Below, in pieces: positions 54,655 through 64,000 of a DNA stretch of 64,000 nt. The DNA comes from Parcubacteria bacterium C7867-007 (GTDB lineage: Bacteria; Patescibacteriota; Minisyncoccia; Phycocordibacterales; Phycocordibacteraceae), in the NCBI GenBank assembly GCA_001189195.1, contig LFCQ01000002.1, forward strand, positions 68,997 to 132,996. The letters are read 5' to 3'. Each line of letters begins with the position of its first letter. Position 1 is the first letter of the stretch. The notes beneath the pieces were generated by a model. It was given only the letters and a program-made list of their open reading frames with translations. It did no database searches and was not told the DNA's origin. The position numbers and the translations under genes are program-made.

Positions 54655-55785
54655 TTAATCTTCTGCGAGCTTTGCGCGAATCTGTTTAAGAATCTCATTT
54701 GCAACAGGCTTATTCTCACGAAGGAAGGTACGGGTAGCATCGTAGCCACGACCAAGCTTCGTTTCACCATAGCTGTAGCTTGAGCCTGACTTAGAAACGA
54801 TGTCGTACTTCTCACCGAGTGCGATGATTTCACCTTCACGAGAGATACCCTCGTTGTACATAAGATCGAATTCAGTTGTCTTGAATGGAGCAGCCACCTT
54901 GTTCTTCACCACCTTTACGCGTACACGACCTCCTACGACCTCCTCACCCTTCTTAATCTGTGCAATACGACGGATATCGAGACGTACAGAGGTGTAGAAC
55001 TTAAGTGCCTTTCCACCTGGAGTAGTTTCTGGGTTGCCGAACATCACACCAATCTGCATACGGATCTGGTTGATAAAGATAACAATAGTCTGAGACTTTG
55101 CGGTGATAGCGGTGAGTTTGCGGAGTGCTTGGCTCATGAGGCGTGCCTGCTTACCTACATGATGTGCGCCCATATCCCCCTCGATCTCATCCTTAGGGGT
55201 GAGCGCTGCTACGGAGTCTATAACGATCACTGACACAGAACCTGCACGAACAAGTGATTCAACGATCTCAAGTGCTTGTTCTCCGGTGTCTGGTTGAGAA
55301 ATAAGAAGTTCATCAAGCTTCACTCCAATCTTACGTGCGTACTCAGGATCAAGCGCGTGCTCTGCATCTACGAATGAACAGATGCCACCCTTCTTCTGCG
55401 CCTCTGCAATTACGTGAAGAGCAAGAGTGGTCTTGCCGGAAGACTCAGGACCAAAGATCTCAATGATGCGGCCGCAGGGCATACCACCGATACCAAGAGC
55501 TGCGTCGAGACCGATGGAGCCGGTAGGGATTGATGGCATAGCCGCTGGCTTGCCAGAACCGAAGGTCATGATTGCCTCATCACCGAACTTCGTTTTGATT
55601 TCCTTAATAGCAAGTTCAATTGATTTGCGCTTTGCTTCATCACCAACAGGCTGACTGCCATCTGCTTTAGATGATTTCTTTGAACTCTTACCCTCTTCTA
55701 GGACTTCAAGTTCTGAATCATCTTTATTGCGATCTATAGCAGATGATTTCATTGGTTTTTTTGTGGCTGATTTCTTTGCAGGCAT
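54655..55785 (-). CDS. recA: Recombinase RecA with an N-terminal Lys/Ser-rich extension of about 45 aa
   Basis: Walker [13 protein letters not shown]; L1 and L2 loops; the RecA core is fully conserved. Confidence 0.95.
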   Translation of the reverse strand: MPAKKSATKKPMKSSAIDRNKDDSELEVLEEGKSSKKSSKADGSQPVGDEAKRKSIELAIKEIKTKFGDEAIMTFGSGKPAAMPSIPTGSIGLDAALGIGGMPCGRIIEIFGPESSGKTTLALHVIAEAQKKGGICSFVDAEHALDPEYARKIGVKLDELLISQPDTGEQALEIVESLVRAGSVSVIVIDSVAALTPKDEIEGDMGAHHVGKQARLMSQALRKLTAITAKSQTIVIFINQIRMQIGVMFGNPETTPGGKALKFYTSVRLDIRRIAQIKKGEEVVGGRVRVKVVKNKVAAPFKTTEFDLMYNEGISREGEIIALGEKYDIVSKSGSSYSYGETKLGRGYDATRTFLRENKPVANEILKQIRAKLAED

Positions 55786-55895
55786 AGCAGAATATATTAC
55801 GAATCTATATGAATATTGTACCGTTTTTCACCAAGGTATCTATCGAACAGGGGAGACTCAGAAAGCTTGTAATAAAGGGATATTTTAGGCTTTCT

Positions 55896-56216
55896 TCAGG
55901 GAACAATTATCTCCTTATCAACACTGGTCGTACGGCCGAAGCGATCCTTAGCTTTAAGGGTAAATGTGACACCTCCGCGGGGAAGGGTAAGGATTTTAGA
56001 GAACCGACCCTCCTCATCAATTAGCAGCGTGTTTCCGTTCAGGGTTAGTGTTTCAGTATGCAGGGCACGACCTGAAAGGGTAGTGAAGCCTTGGTTTGCA
56101 TCTGTGGTTATGGGATCGATACGAATCTCAGGACCACGCACAAGCGGGAAGGCTTTTATTGTCCCGTACCCAACAAGAAGGATAAGGGCTCCTGCAATTG
56201 CATAACGGAACTGCAT
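55896..56216 (-). CDS. Hypothetical small exported protein (106 aa)
   Basis: N-terminal TM/signal segment YAIAGALILLVGYGTI. Confidence 0.4.
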   Translation of the reverse strand: MQFRYAIAGALILLVGYGTIKAFPLVRGPEIRIDPITTDANQGFTTLSGRALHTETLTLNGNTLLIDEEGRFSKILTLPRGGVTFTLKAKDRFGRTTSVDKEIIVP

Positions 56217-56218
56217 GA

Positions 56219-58405
56219 TTAGTAGTTGTCTTCGTCTGGGGTCTCTGCGGGAGTACTTCCACTATTGCCGGAGAGTACATCACGCGGGCGTGAACCGTCT
56301 GCAGGACCGATGACCCCCTTTTCCTCAAGGATATCCATAAGGCGTGCAGCACGTGAGTATCCAATTCGAAGCTTACGTTGTAGGTATGATGTCGATGCAC
56401 GTCCTGCTTCCTCAACCGCTGCCTTTGCTTCTACATAGAGATCGTCATCAACATCTTCGTCACCCCCTGAAAGCATAATTGCGTCATTTGGTGCTTCCTG
56501 CACAGCTCCTCCGGTACCCGTACCAAGATCCAGACCTCCTAGAGTGCCTGCATTGTGCTGCTTAATATAAGACACAACCTTCTTAACTTCGGTCTCACTT
56601 ATATATGCCGTCTGAATACGAACCGGCTTCTGCATGTCTGCAGATTGGTAGAGCATGTCTCCTGAACCAAGCAGGAGTTCGGCGCCAGAACCATCAAGAA
56701 TAGTGCGTGAGTCGATTTGGCTCGCTACCTGGAGTGCCATACGCGTAGGAACGTTTGCCTTAATGAGACCCGTAATCACGTTCACGGAAGGTCGTTGGGT
56801 AGAGAGTACGAGGTGAATACCAACTGCACGAGACATCTGCGCAAGACGTACAATCGCAGCCTCAAGTTCACGAGGGTAGGTCTGCATAATATCTGCGAGC
56901 TCATCAATAACGATGACAATGTACGGCATTGCTTCAGGTATCTCTGCCTTGCCTCGCTTCTTTGCAGGCTCGAATACTGTTTTATGGTAGGAATCAATGT
57001 CACGAACCTGCTCCTCTTCAAGAATGGTGTACCGACGATCCATTTCCTTCGCAGCCCACTTAAGTGCCATGATGCACTTCTTTGGGTCAGTGATAACAGG
57101 AGTTAGAAGGTGGGGGATACCATTATATAGAGTTAGCTCAACGCGCTTCGGGTCAACCATGATGAATCGAAGCTGATTGGGACCGTTACGGTACAAGAGG
57201 GAGGTGATAACTGCATGGATTGCAACTGACTTTCCAGAACCGGTAGCACCAGCAATAAGGCCGTGAGGCATCTTTGCAATGTTTACGTAATGAGGAGTAC
57301 CTGCGATATCACGACCAAGACCTGCCAAGATTGGCTTGGTACTGGTGTTCCACTCAGGAGCAGAAAGTACGCCCCCAAGACCCACCATTGCTTTAGAAGC
57401 ATTAGGAACCTCAATACCAACGAGTGACTTGCCTGGGATTGGTGCTTCGATACGAACAGGGTGTGCTGCAAGAGCGAGCTCGAGGTTCTGCTGCAAAGCG
57501 ACAATCTTCTGCAGACGAACTCCCTCAGCAGGTTTGATTGCATAGCGCGTAACGGTAGGGCCAACTGACACTTCATCCATCTCCACCGAGATACCAAAGT
57601 TCTGGAATGTCCTCTTAATGATATTTGCGTTTGCCTTAATATCGCCAACACCTGGTTTGCCCTTGTCTTCCCCAAGAAGGGAAACCGGGGGTGCATCATA
57701 TTCGGCATCAAAGTTTGGAATTGCCGTACTTGGACTAGAAATATTCTCAGGACGATTAAAATGAGTGATCGTTGGTTCGCGTTCTTCTCCAGGCTGTTCC
57801 CCAGAGCCCACTTCAGGTTCCTCAAAGTGTTCTCCTGTTTCTTCAGAATCATCACCATCTGTTTCACCCGAAGACTTACGATTTGGAAGGCGTACAGAGC
57901 CAATTGCATTTCCCGCGCGCGCCCCCATGTTACCAATTGCCTGAGCAAGGACGACAATATCGGTGACTATTCCTACGCCAACCAATATGAGTGCGAAGAG
58001 AAGAATGAGTGCTCCCCATAGTCCGAAGAATTGTTCTGCTGCATGCCCTGCGTACAAACCAGCAGTGCCACCTAGATTGGTTGAAAGGTTCTGGGTAAGG
58101 ATGCCGAGTAGGGTGATTGTGGAGAAAACAATCAAAGTGATACCTGCTGCAGTTAGAGGACTAACTAGCATGCGTTCCATGATGATCGCAATCCCAATGA
58201 GGATGATCAGGATAGGGAGGAGGAATGCCCCCACTCCAATGGTTCCAAACGCAAAACCAAATACTGCTGCACCTGCAATACCTGCTAATCCGAATGCACC
58301 TAGGAGCAAAATAAGCCCTAAACAAATTAGGAGAATTGAGGTGATCCATTTAACGAGGGCACGGGAGTTTTCCGTGTCTCTTTTCTTGCTCTTTCGTTTT
58401 GCCAT
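56219..58405 (-). CDS. ftsK: DNA translocase FtsK/SpoIIIE
   Basis: N-terminal TM helices, Walker A GATGSGKSVAIHAVITSLL, Walker B IVIVIDELAD, C-terminal winged-helix gamma domain; start set at MAKRKSKKRD. Confidence 0.9.
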   Translation of the reverse strand: MAKRKSKKRDTENSRALVKWITSILLICLGLILLLGAFGLAGIAGAAVFGFAFGTIGVGAFLLPILIILIGIAIIMERMLVSPLTAAGITLIVFSTITLLGILTQNLSTNLGGTAGLYAGHAAEQFFGLWGALILLFALILVGVGIVTDIVVLAQAIGNMGARAGNAIGSVRLPNRKSSGETDGDDSEETGEHFEEPEVGSGEQPGEEREPTITHFNRPENISSPSTAIPNFDAEYDAPPVSLLGEDKGKPGVGDIKANANIIKRTFQNFGISVEMDEVSVGPTVTRYAIKPAEGVRLQKIVALQQNLELALAAHPVRIEAPIPGKSLVGIEVPNASKAMVGLGGVLSAPEWNTSTKPILAGLGRDIAGTPHYVNIAKMPHGLIAGATGSGKSVAIHAVITSLLYRNGPNQLRFIMVDPKRVELTLYNGIPHLLTPVITDPKKCIMALKWAAKEMDRRYTILEEEQVRDIDSYHKTVFEPAKKRGKAEIPEAMPYIVIVIDELADIMQTYPRELEAAIVRLAQMSRAVGIHLVLSTQRPSVNVITGLIKANVPTRMALQVASQIDSRTILDGSGAELLLGSGDMLYQSADMQKPVRIQTAYISETEVKKVVSYIKQHNAGTLGGLDLGTGTGGAVQEAPNDAIMLSGGDEDVDDDLYVEAKAAVEEAGRASTSYLQRKLRIGYSRAARLMDILEEKGVIGPADGSRPRDVLSGNSGSTPAETPDEDNY

Positions 58406-58545
58406 GTACGCATATTTTACCACCTTGTTTGACACAGCGATCATTTCACACTGATACGCACAAAAGACAGATCTAAAAAGCTTTCCAAAGACACGGGGAG
58501 GGGTATACTTGTCCTTGACGACCAAGAAATCTATATAAGACATTC

Positions 58546-59352
58546 ATGGGAGACAAAGGACAAATCAAAGACACACAGGTATCTAAGACGCATGATAATA
58601 AGGCGTCTAATACTGATTTCGTCCTAGAAAAGAGCATATTCTCAAACATATTTGAAAAGGACATACGTAGAGTTTATATCTACAAGAAGGCTGAACGTCT
58701 CGCAAAAGCCATTCATCTTGTTGCTCCTGCCTTTAGAAATTCACCCGCACTTCGTGACCGAATGGACCACGTTGCGGTGGGGCTAGTAGATGCTGCGATA
58801 CTTCCCCCAGGCTCAGCGCGTGACGCACTTTCCCGTGAACTTCTTGCGCTCTCAAGTGTGCTCTCAATAGGGCGCACGGGAGGACTCCTTTCAGGTATGA
58901 ATGCTGAACTGATCGCACGTGAGGCACACCTGCTCCTTCAGGAAATTGCAGCATATGAAGAACCACGACTCTTCCTTGATGACGCACCCTCGCTTGCTGA
59001 GCTTGCTAAGGAACTTGCCTCAGAGCGGCATCACACGGCACAGAGTGTTCGCTCTGCGACACCGTATGATCTGGTTGCAGCACATTCTCCAAAGTCTTCA
59101 CCTGAGAGACCAGTCTCTACTCCTAAAGGACAGATAAAGGACAAACAGAGCGTATCGGACAAAAATACTGAACGCCAGGAAGCAATTATTTCAGTACTGA
59201 GATCAAAGGGCCCTTCCTATATAAAGGATGTTTCAACTGTTATCAGAGATGTGAGTGAAAAGACTATTCAGAGGGAATTACAGACCCTCGTTGAACAGGG
59301 GATTGTGGTTCGAAGTGGAGAAAGACGTTGGACTACCTACGCTCTTTCATAA
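58546..59352 (+). CDS. Putative transcriptional regulator with a C-terminal winged HTH and two KGQIKD-Q-S repeats
   Basis: C-terminal KTIQRELQTLVEQGIVVRSGERRWTTYAL resembles wHTH recognition helices of the DeoR/MarR type; the KGQIKD motif occurs near residue 5 and again near residue 195. Confidence 0.4.
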   Translation: MGDKGQIKDTQVSKTHDNKASNTDFVLEKSIFSNIFEKDIRRVYIYKKAERLAKAIHLVAPAFRNSPALRDRMDHVAVGLVDAAILPPGSARDALSRELLALSSVLSIGRTGGLLSGMNAELIAREAHLLLQEIAAYEEPRLFLDDAPSLAELAKELASERHHTAQSVRSATPYDLVAAHSPKSSPERPVSTPKGQIKDKQSVSDKNTERQEAIISVLRSKGPSYIKDVSTVIRDVSEKTIQRELQTLVEQGIVVRSGERRWTTYALS

Positions 59353-59920
59353 GGAACACCAAACTCATTTAAAGAAGTCCTTCGTTGACTTTCTTCATGA
59401 AAACACCTATGCTTTGGGCTTGGGATAGCAGGAGAAATCTACCCAGATTTCCGGTTATCCACATTCGCGTATAGCTGTTTAGCACCTGCAGCTCTGTATA
59501 CTTATACGGTACACAGAACGCATGGGGCGTAACGCTGAAACGGTTGAACGTTGACATTAACCAGGGCTTCACTTTAGTTCTGCTAAAGAGACTCTGGACA
59601 TAGTGCTCAGCAAAAGCACAAATTGCTCGTCGCGTAAGAAGCGGCGAGCTTGCCCGTCCTCTCTAAAGGAGTGCGGGCATTCAGCACGGAAGCACTATAC
59701 CGATATGGATGGACACAGATAGCTAACTGAATTTTGCCAACTAGCCGATGGGGCGTGGGTCGATACTACGTCTTGTCGGGTAGTAAAGGAATGTTCAAAC
59801 CGGTGACTCTCTTCGGAGTTTCATTGATTACAAAAATTGTAAGCGGGTGTGTGCGATGCACTTTTAGTATTTATCGCACCGCACACGCTTCGTTCAAAAA
59901 CTAAATTAAAAATCGCAATT

Positions 59921-61915
59921 ATGAATATTGCAAACACAAACGTAGTTGCAAAGATCGCAGCAGTCGTCGCAGGTCTCGGCCTCGTCGCTATGTCCTTTGC
60001 TCCTGCAGTGAAAGCTGATACGACTTCTGACCTTCAGGCTCAGATCGCATCTCTTCTCGCTCAGATCTCATCGCTCCAGTCTCAGCTCGGTACTTCTACC
60101 GGCGGAAGCGCAAGCGTCACGTTCTCTAAGGACCTTACTCTAGGTTCTCAGGGTGCTGATGTTACTGCTCTTCAGAACTGGCTTATCAGCAAGGGCTTCG
60201 CAATCTCAGCTGGCGCAACTGGATACTTCGGTGCACAGACTCAGGCAGCTCTTGGTGCATACCAGGCTTCTGTAGGCATCTCGCCAGCAGCTGGTTACTT
60301 TGGCCCGGTTACCCGCGCTAAGGTAAACGCAGCAGCAGGTTCAACAGGTGGCAGCACCGGCGGTTCAACCGGCGGTACTTCAACTGGAGGACTTTCTGGT
60401 GGTGAAGCAGACATCGACAACGACTTCGACCTCACCGCTGGTGATGACCTCATGGAGGGTGACTCTGATGCGGAAATCGCTATCGTAGAGTTCGATGTTG
60501 AAGGTGGTGATGCTCGCATCCAGCGCCTTACCGTTGACATGACTCCTGTTCTCGCAGCAGCTTCTGCTAACGAGCATCCTTGGGAGTACATCGAGACTCT
60601 TTCTGTCTACAGCGGCAGCAAGAAGGTAGGTGATGTAGACGCAGGTTCGAAGGGTGACTGGGATGATCAGGACAACGATTCTGACCATGTTGGTTCTCTC
60701 GACTTCTACACAATCGACATTCCTCTCGACCTAGTCGTAGAGGAAGGCGACATGGTAGAGCTCTCGATCCGTGCAGACGCACAGTCAACCATCGACACTG
60801 GTGACCTTGATCAGACTTTCGAGATCACTGTCCCTGAGGACGGCGTTCGCGCAACTGACTCAATGGGTATCCAGCAGTACACAGGTTCTGACAGCGACCA
60901 CGTAACCATCGGATTCGATGCGGCTGAGGACGGTGACATCACTGTTCGTGAGTCTTCTGACAATCCAGATGCAAGCGTTCTCGTAGCTGACGACACTGAT
61001 ACTTCGGAGGAATTCGAGGTACTCAAGGGTGAGTTCGACAACAATGATGATGCTGATGCTCAGCTCAACAGCCTCACCTTCCATGTTGCAACTACAACCG
61101 CTTCAGGCAGCTCAGCAGCTGATATCTCTGATATCATCCGCCGCGCAACGCTTACGATCGGTGGTGAGGAGTTCGACGGTGATATCAACACTGATAACAC
61201 TATCGACTTCGATGACCTTGAAGAGACCATTATTGGCGGAGACGAGACAGTTGAATTCACCGTATCGGTTGAACTCTACGGTCAGTCTGGCCACTACGCA
61301 TCTTCAGGTGAGTCCCTTACATTCTCTATCAACTCGAACACTTCGGGTGATCTAGATCTTGAAGGCCTCGACACTGGTGATGCATCAGATCTATCTGGTT
61401 CTATCACTGGTAACAAGCAGTCCATCTCGGTTGACGCAGGTATCAATGTAGACGGCACCAGCATGACTGGTTCACAGGTTTACAACGACACTGCTGTTTC
61501 ATCGAGCTACGGAACCTTCACTCTCAAGTTCGACGTAACTGCAGACGGTGACGATGTGTACGTACCTAAGACTGTTGAGGCGATCTCGTCTTCAACAACT
61601 GCAGGTACCAACACTGGTGTTGTGATCATCACTGACCTCAACGCTTCAACCACTTCTGCAACTTCAGTAACAGCTTCTCTATCAACTTCGGCTGACTCAG
61701 AGAACGCTAACTACTACGTTGTTCGTGATGGTGACACTGAAAGCTTCACTGTAACGGTAACAATCAATCCTACCGCTACTGGTGACTTCCAGGTTGGTCT
61801 TGATCGCGTACGCTTCAACACCACCTCTTCAACCTTCACTGGTCTTCAGACCCTTGATGTTGACGAGACTGATGATGAATTCCGCACCGATCCAGTAAAC
61901 GTCCGCAACAGCTAA
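59921..61915 (+). CDS. Large acidic secreted surface protein with an N-terminal coiled-coil and a peptidoglycan-binding-like domain
   Basis: Signal/TM AKIAAVVAGLGLVAMSFAPAV; coiled-coil DLQAQIASLLAQISSLQSQL; PGBD-like LGSQGADVTALQNWLISKGF...GYFGAQTQAALGAYQASVGI; the remainder is D/T/S/G-rich; start set at MNIANT. Confidence 0.6.
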   Translation: MNIANTNVVAKIAAVVAGLGLVAMSFAPAVKADTTSDLQAQIASLLAQISSLQSQLGTSTGGSASVTFSKDLTLGSQGADVTALQNWLISKGFAISAGATGYFGAQTQAALGAYQASVGISPAAGYFGPVTRAKVNAAAGSTGGSTGGSTGGTSTGGLSGGEADIDNDFDLTAGDDLMEGDSDAEIAIVEFDVEGGDARIQRLTVDMTPVLAAASANEHPWEYIETLSVYSGSKKVGDVDAGSKGDWDDQDNDSDHVGSLDFYTIDIPLDLVVEEGDMVELSIRADAQSTIDTGDLDQTFEITVPEDGVRATDSMGIQQYTGSDSDHVTIGFDAAEDGDITVRESSDNPDASVLVADDTDTSEEFEVLKGEFDNNDDADAQLNSLTFHVATTTASGSSAADISDIIRRATLTIGGEEFDGDINTDNTIDFDDLEETIIGGDETVEFTVSVELYGQSGHYASSGESLTFSINSNTSGDLDLEGLDTGDASDLSGSITGNKQSISVDAGINVDGTSMTGSQVYNDTAVSSSYGTFTLKFDVTADGDDVYVPKTVEAISSSTTAGTNTGVVIITDLNASTTSATSVTASLSTSADSENANYYVVRDGDTESFTVTVTINPTATGDFQVGLDRVRFNTTSSTFTGLQTLDVDETDDEFRTDPVNVRNS

Positions 61916-61957
61916 TTCTGACGAGAGTAATCTCATCAGCTACTAGCTAGCAGATAG

Positions 61958-61990
61958 CAAAAGCCCCGCGAAAGCGGGGCTTTTGCGTTA
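61958..61990 (+). terminator. Intrinsic terminator after the surface-protein gene
   Basis: AAAGCCCCGC-GAAA-GCGGGGCTTT + TGCGTT. Confidence 0.7.
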
Positions 61991-61999
61991 TATGGTATT

Positions 62000-62351
62000 C
62001 TCTTGGTATATGGCACTTGAGCCGCAAGACAAGAAGGAGTTTCAAGCCTCCATACTCCATTTCATGAGCTTCACGGGTGGATTCCTCATAATCCTCACGG
62101 TCGCTCTTTCTCTTTTCACATACACTTCTGCAACTGGGGTGTAGGCAAAGGATTTGCACATAGAGCCTCTTCGTCGTATAGTCCTTGGGTACGGACCGAA
62201 GACAGCGAGCATCCTTGCCCAAAGGCAGGGAAGAAGTCTCGCCGAGGGAAGGACACTAATCGCCCAGCGATTTCTGTCTGACTTGTCTCCATAAACGGTC
62301 CACGCAGCAATGCGCGGACCGTTCCCGTTTCGTACATAACAAACCCAGCAC
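62000..62351 (+). promoter_or_regulatory. Long untranslated leader upstream of rplJ; candidate L10 autoregulatory leader
   Basis: About 350 nt without a credible ORF directly upstream of rplJ; bacterial rplJL operons commonly carry a structured L10(L12)4-binding leader (established knowledge); its structure was not verified here. Confidence 0.3.
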
Positions 62352-62846
62352 ATGGCAATTACCAAACAGAAGAAAGAGGATATCGTCGGCAAGATCGGCG
62401 AAGCGCTCGAAAATGCGGCTTCGGTCGTATTCGTGCACTTCAAGGGTCTTTCGGTGGCAGACACCTCTGCAATGCGTAAGAGCTTGAAGGGTGAGGGTAT
62501 TGGTTACTATGTAGCCAAGAAAACTCTCCTTCGTCGCGCGCTTGAAGCGAAGGGCTACACAGGATCAATTCCGGAACTTCCGGGTGAGATCGCAGTAGCG
62601 TGGAGCGATGCAGATGTAACTAGCGCACCACGCGGAATCTTCGAACATGGCAAGAAGCACAAGGATGCGCTCTCTATCGTTGGTGGTGTATTTGATGGTT
62701 CATACCTCGATGCACGCGCAATGCTAGCAGTAGCTACTATCCCGCCGGTACCGGTACTTCGTGGCATGTTCGTCAACGTGATCAACAGCCCTATCCAGGG
62801 TCTCGTGATCGCGCTCGACCAGATTGCGCAGAAGAAGTCAGCATAA
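62352..62846 (+). CDS. rplJ: 50S ribosomal protein L10
   Basis: [46 protein letters not shown]. Confidence 0.9.
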   Translation: MAITKQKKEDIVGKIGEALENAASVVFVHFKGLSVADTSAMRKSLKGEGIGYYVAKKTLLRRALEAKGYTGSIPELPGEIAVAWSDADVTSAPRGIFEHGKKHKDALSIVGGVFDGSYLDARAMLAVATIPPVPVLRGMFVNVINSPIQGLVIALDQIAQKKSA

Positions 62847-62874
62847 CCCTTACAAACGTTTTACTTACAACTAT

Positions 62875-63366
62875 ATGGATGAAGAAATGAAGGATGAGAC
62901 CGTGGTAGAGGCTTCGGAGGACACCACACTCCCTACGGTAGAAGAGACTCCTGTTGCTGCAGCTCCTGCAGCAGAGGAGGCAGAGGTAGAAGTACCTGCT
63001 AAGTTCAAGAAGATCGTCTCTGAAATTGAGGAGATGAGTGTCATGGAGCTTTCTGAGCTCGTGAAGGTCTTCGAGAAGAAGTTCGGTGTATCAGCAGCTG
63101 CAGTAGCAGTAGCTGGACCGGCAGCAGGTGGTGCAGCAGGTGGTGAGGACGAGAAGTCCACAGCAACTGTTGAGCTTACTGATGCAGGTGCAAACAAGAT
63201 TTCTGTGATCAAGGTGGTCAAGGAAGTGCTTGCACTCGGACTCAAGGAAGCAAAGGATCTCGTTGACGGCGTACCTAGCGTTCTCAAGGAGAACATCAGC
63301 AAGGACGAAGCAAATGAGCTCAAGAAGAAGCTCGAGGAAGCTGGTGCAAAGGTTACTCTCAAGTAA
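62875..63366 (+). CDS. rplL: 50S ribosomal protein L7/L12 with an acidic N-terminal extension
   Basis: Dimerisation helix [18 protein letters not shown], Ala/Gly hinge, C-terminal domain [25 protein letters not shown]...EAGAKVTLK; start codon uncertain (62875 or 62887). Confidence 0.85.
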   Translation: MDEEMKDETVVEASEDTTLPTVEETPVAAAPAAEEAEVEVPAKFKKIVSEIEEMSVMELSELVKVFEKKFGVSAAAVAVAGPAAGGAAGGEDEKSTATVELTDAGANKISVIKVVKEVLALGLKEAKDLVDGVPSVLKENISKDEANELKKKLEEAGAKVTLK

Positions 63367-63390
63367 TCTAGTCAGTATCTATCGTATAAA

Positions 63391-63428
63391 GGACATGCCC
63401 CGCAAATGCGGGGCATGTCCTTTATTAT
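63391..63428 (+). terminator. Intrinsic terminator after rplL
   Basis: GGACATGCCCCGCAAATGCGGGGCATGTCC + TTTATTATTT. Confidence 0.75.
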
Positions 63429-63501
63429 TTGGTATCCCCGAAGTGCATGTCGTCAAGACTTGTGCCCAGCTATAAAAGACAGGTACAATGCCTTCACTTC
63501 C

Positions 63502-64000
63502 ATGGATCCTCTTGCACGCCTGTTTGGTTCATTTGCTCGCCTCAAACTCCTTCGTCTCTTCCTATTTAATGACGATACAGCGTTTGGTGTCGCTGATATG
63601 GCATTTCGCACCAAGACTCCAAAAGATCAGGTACGAAAAGAAATAACGCAGCTCCTTGCCTCTGAAGTAATTCGTAAGCGCACAGGAAAGGGAACTGCAG
63701 CATACATCGCAAACAAACGATTCACTCATTATGAAGCGCTTACCGCATTCATGCGCGCAACTACTGACCTAAACGATGCAGATATAGTTTCAATACTTAA
63801 GAAGGCGGGTGCACTTCGTTTGGTTGCAATGTCCGGACTCTTTACAGGTGCAATTGAAACAAAGATTGATCTATTAATAGTGGGGGACAATCTCGATGAT
63901 AAGCACCTTGAGTCAGCAGTACATTCTCTTGAGGCACACTTTGGACGCGAACTCTCCTATGCGGCATTTACCACCCAGGATTTCCGGTATCGCGTAGGGG
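63502..64000 (+). CDS. Hypothetical protein, N-terminal 166 aa (the gene runs past the window end)
   Basis: Open frame from ATG 63502 to the window edge (MDPLARLFGSFARLKLLRLFLFNDDTAFGVADMAFRTK...). Confidence 0.45.
   Translation, partial: MDPLARLFGSFARLKLLRLFLFNDDTAFGVADMAFRTKTPKDQVRKEITQLLASEVIRKRTGKGTAAYIANKRFTHYEALTAFMRATTDLNDADIVSILKKAGALRLVAMSGLFTGAIETKIDLLIVGDNLDDKHLESAVHSLEAHFGRELSYAAFTTQDFRYRVG

Noticed and set aside
55786-55895. Possible LexA/Cheo box upstream of recA (CGAACAGGGG)
   Set aside because: Only a CGAAC half-site is present with no inverted partner (GTTCG) at the right spacing.
59353-59920. SRP RNA-like hairpin (GCTCGTCGC-GTAAGAA-GCGGCGAGC) in the long non-coding region
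   Set aside because: It is a single GNRA-like hairpin and lacks the conserved helix-8 internal-loop motifs. It is reported only as part of a generic structured leader.

Overview
This is a 64-kb stretch of a gene-dense bacterial chromosome with about 47% GC overall and a few short patches near 60%. Most of it is housekeeping: recombination and repair genes (ruvC-yebC, ruvB, ruvA, recA, recO, ftsK, ssb, polA, holA-like, tatD), ribosomal protein clusters, several aminoacyl-tRNA synthetases, a pilB plus pilM/N/O type-IV-pilus set, a dcd/thyX/glyA/MTHFS thymidylate-folate cluster, and six tRNA genes. The small aaRS variants, the rplK gene not followed by rplA, and the large acidic surface proteins fit a reduced genome of the CPR/Patescibacteria kind, but that is inference. 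The clearly non-housekeeping part is a roughly 3.7-kb island (about 2.45-6.1 kb) wedged between yebC-ruvC and ruvB. It carries seven small orphan genes, including a Gly/Asp 8-residue-repeat peptide and a Fis-type HTH protein, plus a roughly 300-nt promoter-to-terminator candidate ncRNA. Each of these units is flanked by a copy of one conserved 28-nt element, and all seven island copies have the same absolute orientation; an eighth copy sits upstream of an SRPBCC gene at 14.8 kb. Other notable points are an IleRS with an inserted histidine-phosphatase domain, a RuvX::tRNA-binding-domain fusion alongside a MetRS that lacks that domain, an amber-interrupted LAGLIDADG homing-endonuclease gene abutting tRNA-Leu, an N-terminally truncated mscL, and several GC-rich, probably acquired, ORFs. 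All calls rest on reading the translations and the DNA by eye; no database searches were run.
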